This document shows, piece by piece, positions 62,655-64,000 of a stretch of DNA of 64,000 nt. The notes under the pieces were generated by a model, which was not told the origin of the DNA, made no database searches, and saw only the letters and a program-made list of their open reading frames with translations. Made by a program: the position numbers and the translations under genes. Positions within the stretch are counted from its first letter, which is position 1. Every line of letters begins with the position of its first letter. This DNA is from Alphaproteobacteria bacterium (GTDB lineage Bacteria > Pseudomonadota > Alphaproteobacteria > GCA-2731375): positions 1,600,001 to 1,664,000 of the forward strand of contig CBDDPY010000002.1 of the NCBI GenBank assembly GCA_965232515.1, written 5' to 3'.

Positions 62655-63968
62655 ATGACGTCAGCGCCCACGCGCAACGCCGACCTCGACGTCGCCATCG
62701 CCGACGCCGAGGCGGCCTATGTCGCCGCCAATCCCAAGAGCGAGGCCCAGTACGAGGCCGCCTGCGCCGCCATGCCCGGCGGCAATACGCGGACCGTGCT
62801 GTTTTATCCGCCGTTTCCGCTGACGCTCTCGAAGGGCGAGGGCGCCCGAGTGCGCGACGCCGACGGTCACGACTATGTGGACTTTCTGGGCGAGTACACG
62901 GCCGGGCTCTACGGCCACTCCAACCCGGTGATCATGGCGGCGCTGCGCACGGCGCTCGAATCCGGCATCGTGCTGGGCGGCCATACCATGGCCGAAGCCC
63001 GGCTCGCGTCGGCCGTCTGCGACCGCTTCCCATCGATCGAACGGCTGCGCTTCACCAACTCCGGCACCGAAGCGAACCTGATGGCGGTGTCGACGGCGCG
63101 GGCCGTGACCGGCCGTTCGAAGGTGATGGTGATGAACGGCGGCTATCACGGCGGCGTCTTGTATTTCGCCGCGCCCGATATGCCGATCAACGCCCCCTTC
63201 CCCTATCTCAAAGGCCGCTACAACGATGTCGACGGCTGCCGCGATCTGATCCGGGCCAATGCCGACGATATCGCCTGCGTGATCCTGGAGCCGATGCTGG
63301 GCAGCGCCGGCTGCGTGCCGGCAAGCCGCGATTTCCTCGCCATGCTGCGCGAGGAAACCGAGAAGGCCGGCGCGTTGCTGATCTACGACGAGGTGATGAC
63401 CTCGCGGCTCGATCCCGGCGGCTTGCAGGGCCGGCACAACGTGCTGCCGGACCTGACCACGCTCGGCAAATATGTCGGCGGCGGGCTCAGCTTCGGCGCT
63501 TTCGGCGGCCGGGCCGACACTATCGACCGCTACGATCCGCGGCGGCCGGACGCCATTCCGCACGCCGGCACCTTCAACAACAACGTCCTGACCATGAGCG
63601 CCGGCCATGCCGGCCTGACCGAAGCCTATCCCGTCGACGCCGTGGCGCCGTTCAACGCCCAGGGCGACCGCCTGCGCGACCGGCTGAACGCCTTGTGCCG
63701 CGATCGCGGCCTGCCGGTGCAGTTCACAGGCATGGGCTCAATGCTGGCGGTGCATTTCCACGACGGCGACATCAACGACTTCGACGACGTGCTGGCCGGC
63801 CGCAACGAACTGCGGCCGCTGCTGCATCTCGACCTGCTGAGCCACGGCGTCTATGCGGCGCGGCGCGGCATGTTCGTGCTGTCGCTGCCCATGGGCGAAG
63901 CGGAATTCGACGCGCTGGTCAATGCGGTGGACGAGTTCCTGGCGACCCGTGGCAGCCTGATCGGCTAA
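62655..63968 (+). CDS. Class III aminotransferase, beta-amino acid transaminase-like (GSA-aminomutase family)
   Basis: MPGGNTRTVLFY.PFPL, DFLGEYTAG.YGHS, RFTNSGTEAN, YHGG, DEVMTSR, LGKY.GGG and HAGTFNNN. Confidence 0.88.
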   Translation: MTSAPTRNADLDVAIADAEAAYVAANPKSEAQYEAACAAMPGGNTRTVLFYPPFPLTLSKGEGARVRDADGHDYVDFLGEYTAGLYGHSNPVIMAALRTALESGIVLGGHTMAEARLASAVCDRFPSIERLRFTNSGTEANLMAVSTARAVTGRSKVMVMNGGYHGGVLYFAAPDMPINAPFPYLKGRYNDVDGCRDLIRANADDIACVILEPMLGSAGCVPASRDFLAMLREETEKAGALLIYDEVMTSRLDPGGLQGRHNVLPDLTTLGKYVGGGLSFGAFGGRADTIDRYDPRRPDAIPHAGTFNNNVLTMSAGHAGLTEAYPVDAVAPFNAQGDRLRDRLNALCRDRGLPVQFTGMGSMLAVHFHDGDINDFDDVLAGRNELRPLLHLDLLSHGVYAARRGMFVLSLPMGEAEFDALVNAVDEFLATRGSLIG

Positions 63969-64000
63969 CCCAGAACGATATCGAACTGACCGCCGAGCGC

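Noticed and set aside
62655-63968. hemL
   Set aside because: Lacks the HemL-type PGGVNSPVR and YHGH motifs
1-64000. CRISPR array, tRNA/rRNA, integrase, transposase, prophage or recognised defence genes
   Set aside because: No regularly spaced repeats or diagnostic motifs seen by eye; a covariance-model and HMM scan would be needed to exclude small or divergent cases

Overview
GC-rich chromosomal window from an alphaproteobacterium, inferred from the parE and DEAD-box helicase sequences, alpha-type LexA boxes, and sigma54 and ECF41 promoters. It holds about 68 genes, mostly accessory nutrient scavenging. From the left: (i) a C3-sulfonate catabolic operon (CuyA-like 3' end, HpsN-like dehydrogenase, DegT-fold PLP enzyme, TRAP transporter, Asp/Glu-family racemase); (ii) a secreted COG4337/iota-type carbonic anhydrase followed by a two-component system; (iii) a sigma54 amide ABC transporter plus amidase operon interrupted by a 266-bp inverted-repeat element that supplies a new RBS and ATG to the gene it hit; (iv) XRE, dialkylglycine decarboxylase-like enzyme and GST; (v) a 997-aa protein I cannot assign, with a C-terminal hydrophobic hairpin; (vi) a deletion scar of a nonulosonate locus beside an intact sialyltransferase-like gene; (vii) a Liv-type ABC transporter; (viii) a DddP-like M24 enzyme cluster; (ix) a LexA-boxed promoter in front of a long hairpin (candidate SOS sRNA); then parE, two paralogous lipoproteins, a DEAD-box helicase and a class III aminotransferase. 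I saw no rRNA, tRNA, CRISPR array, integrase or transposase. All product calls come from motif recognition by eye; no database search was run.
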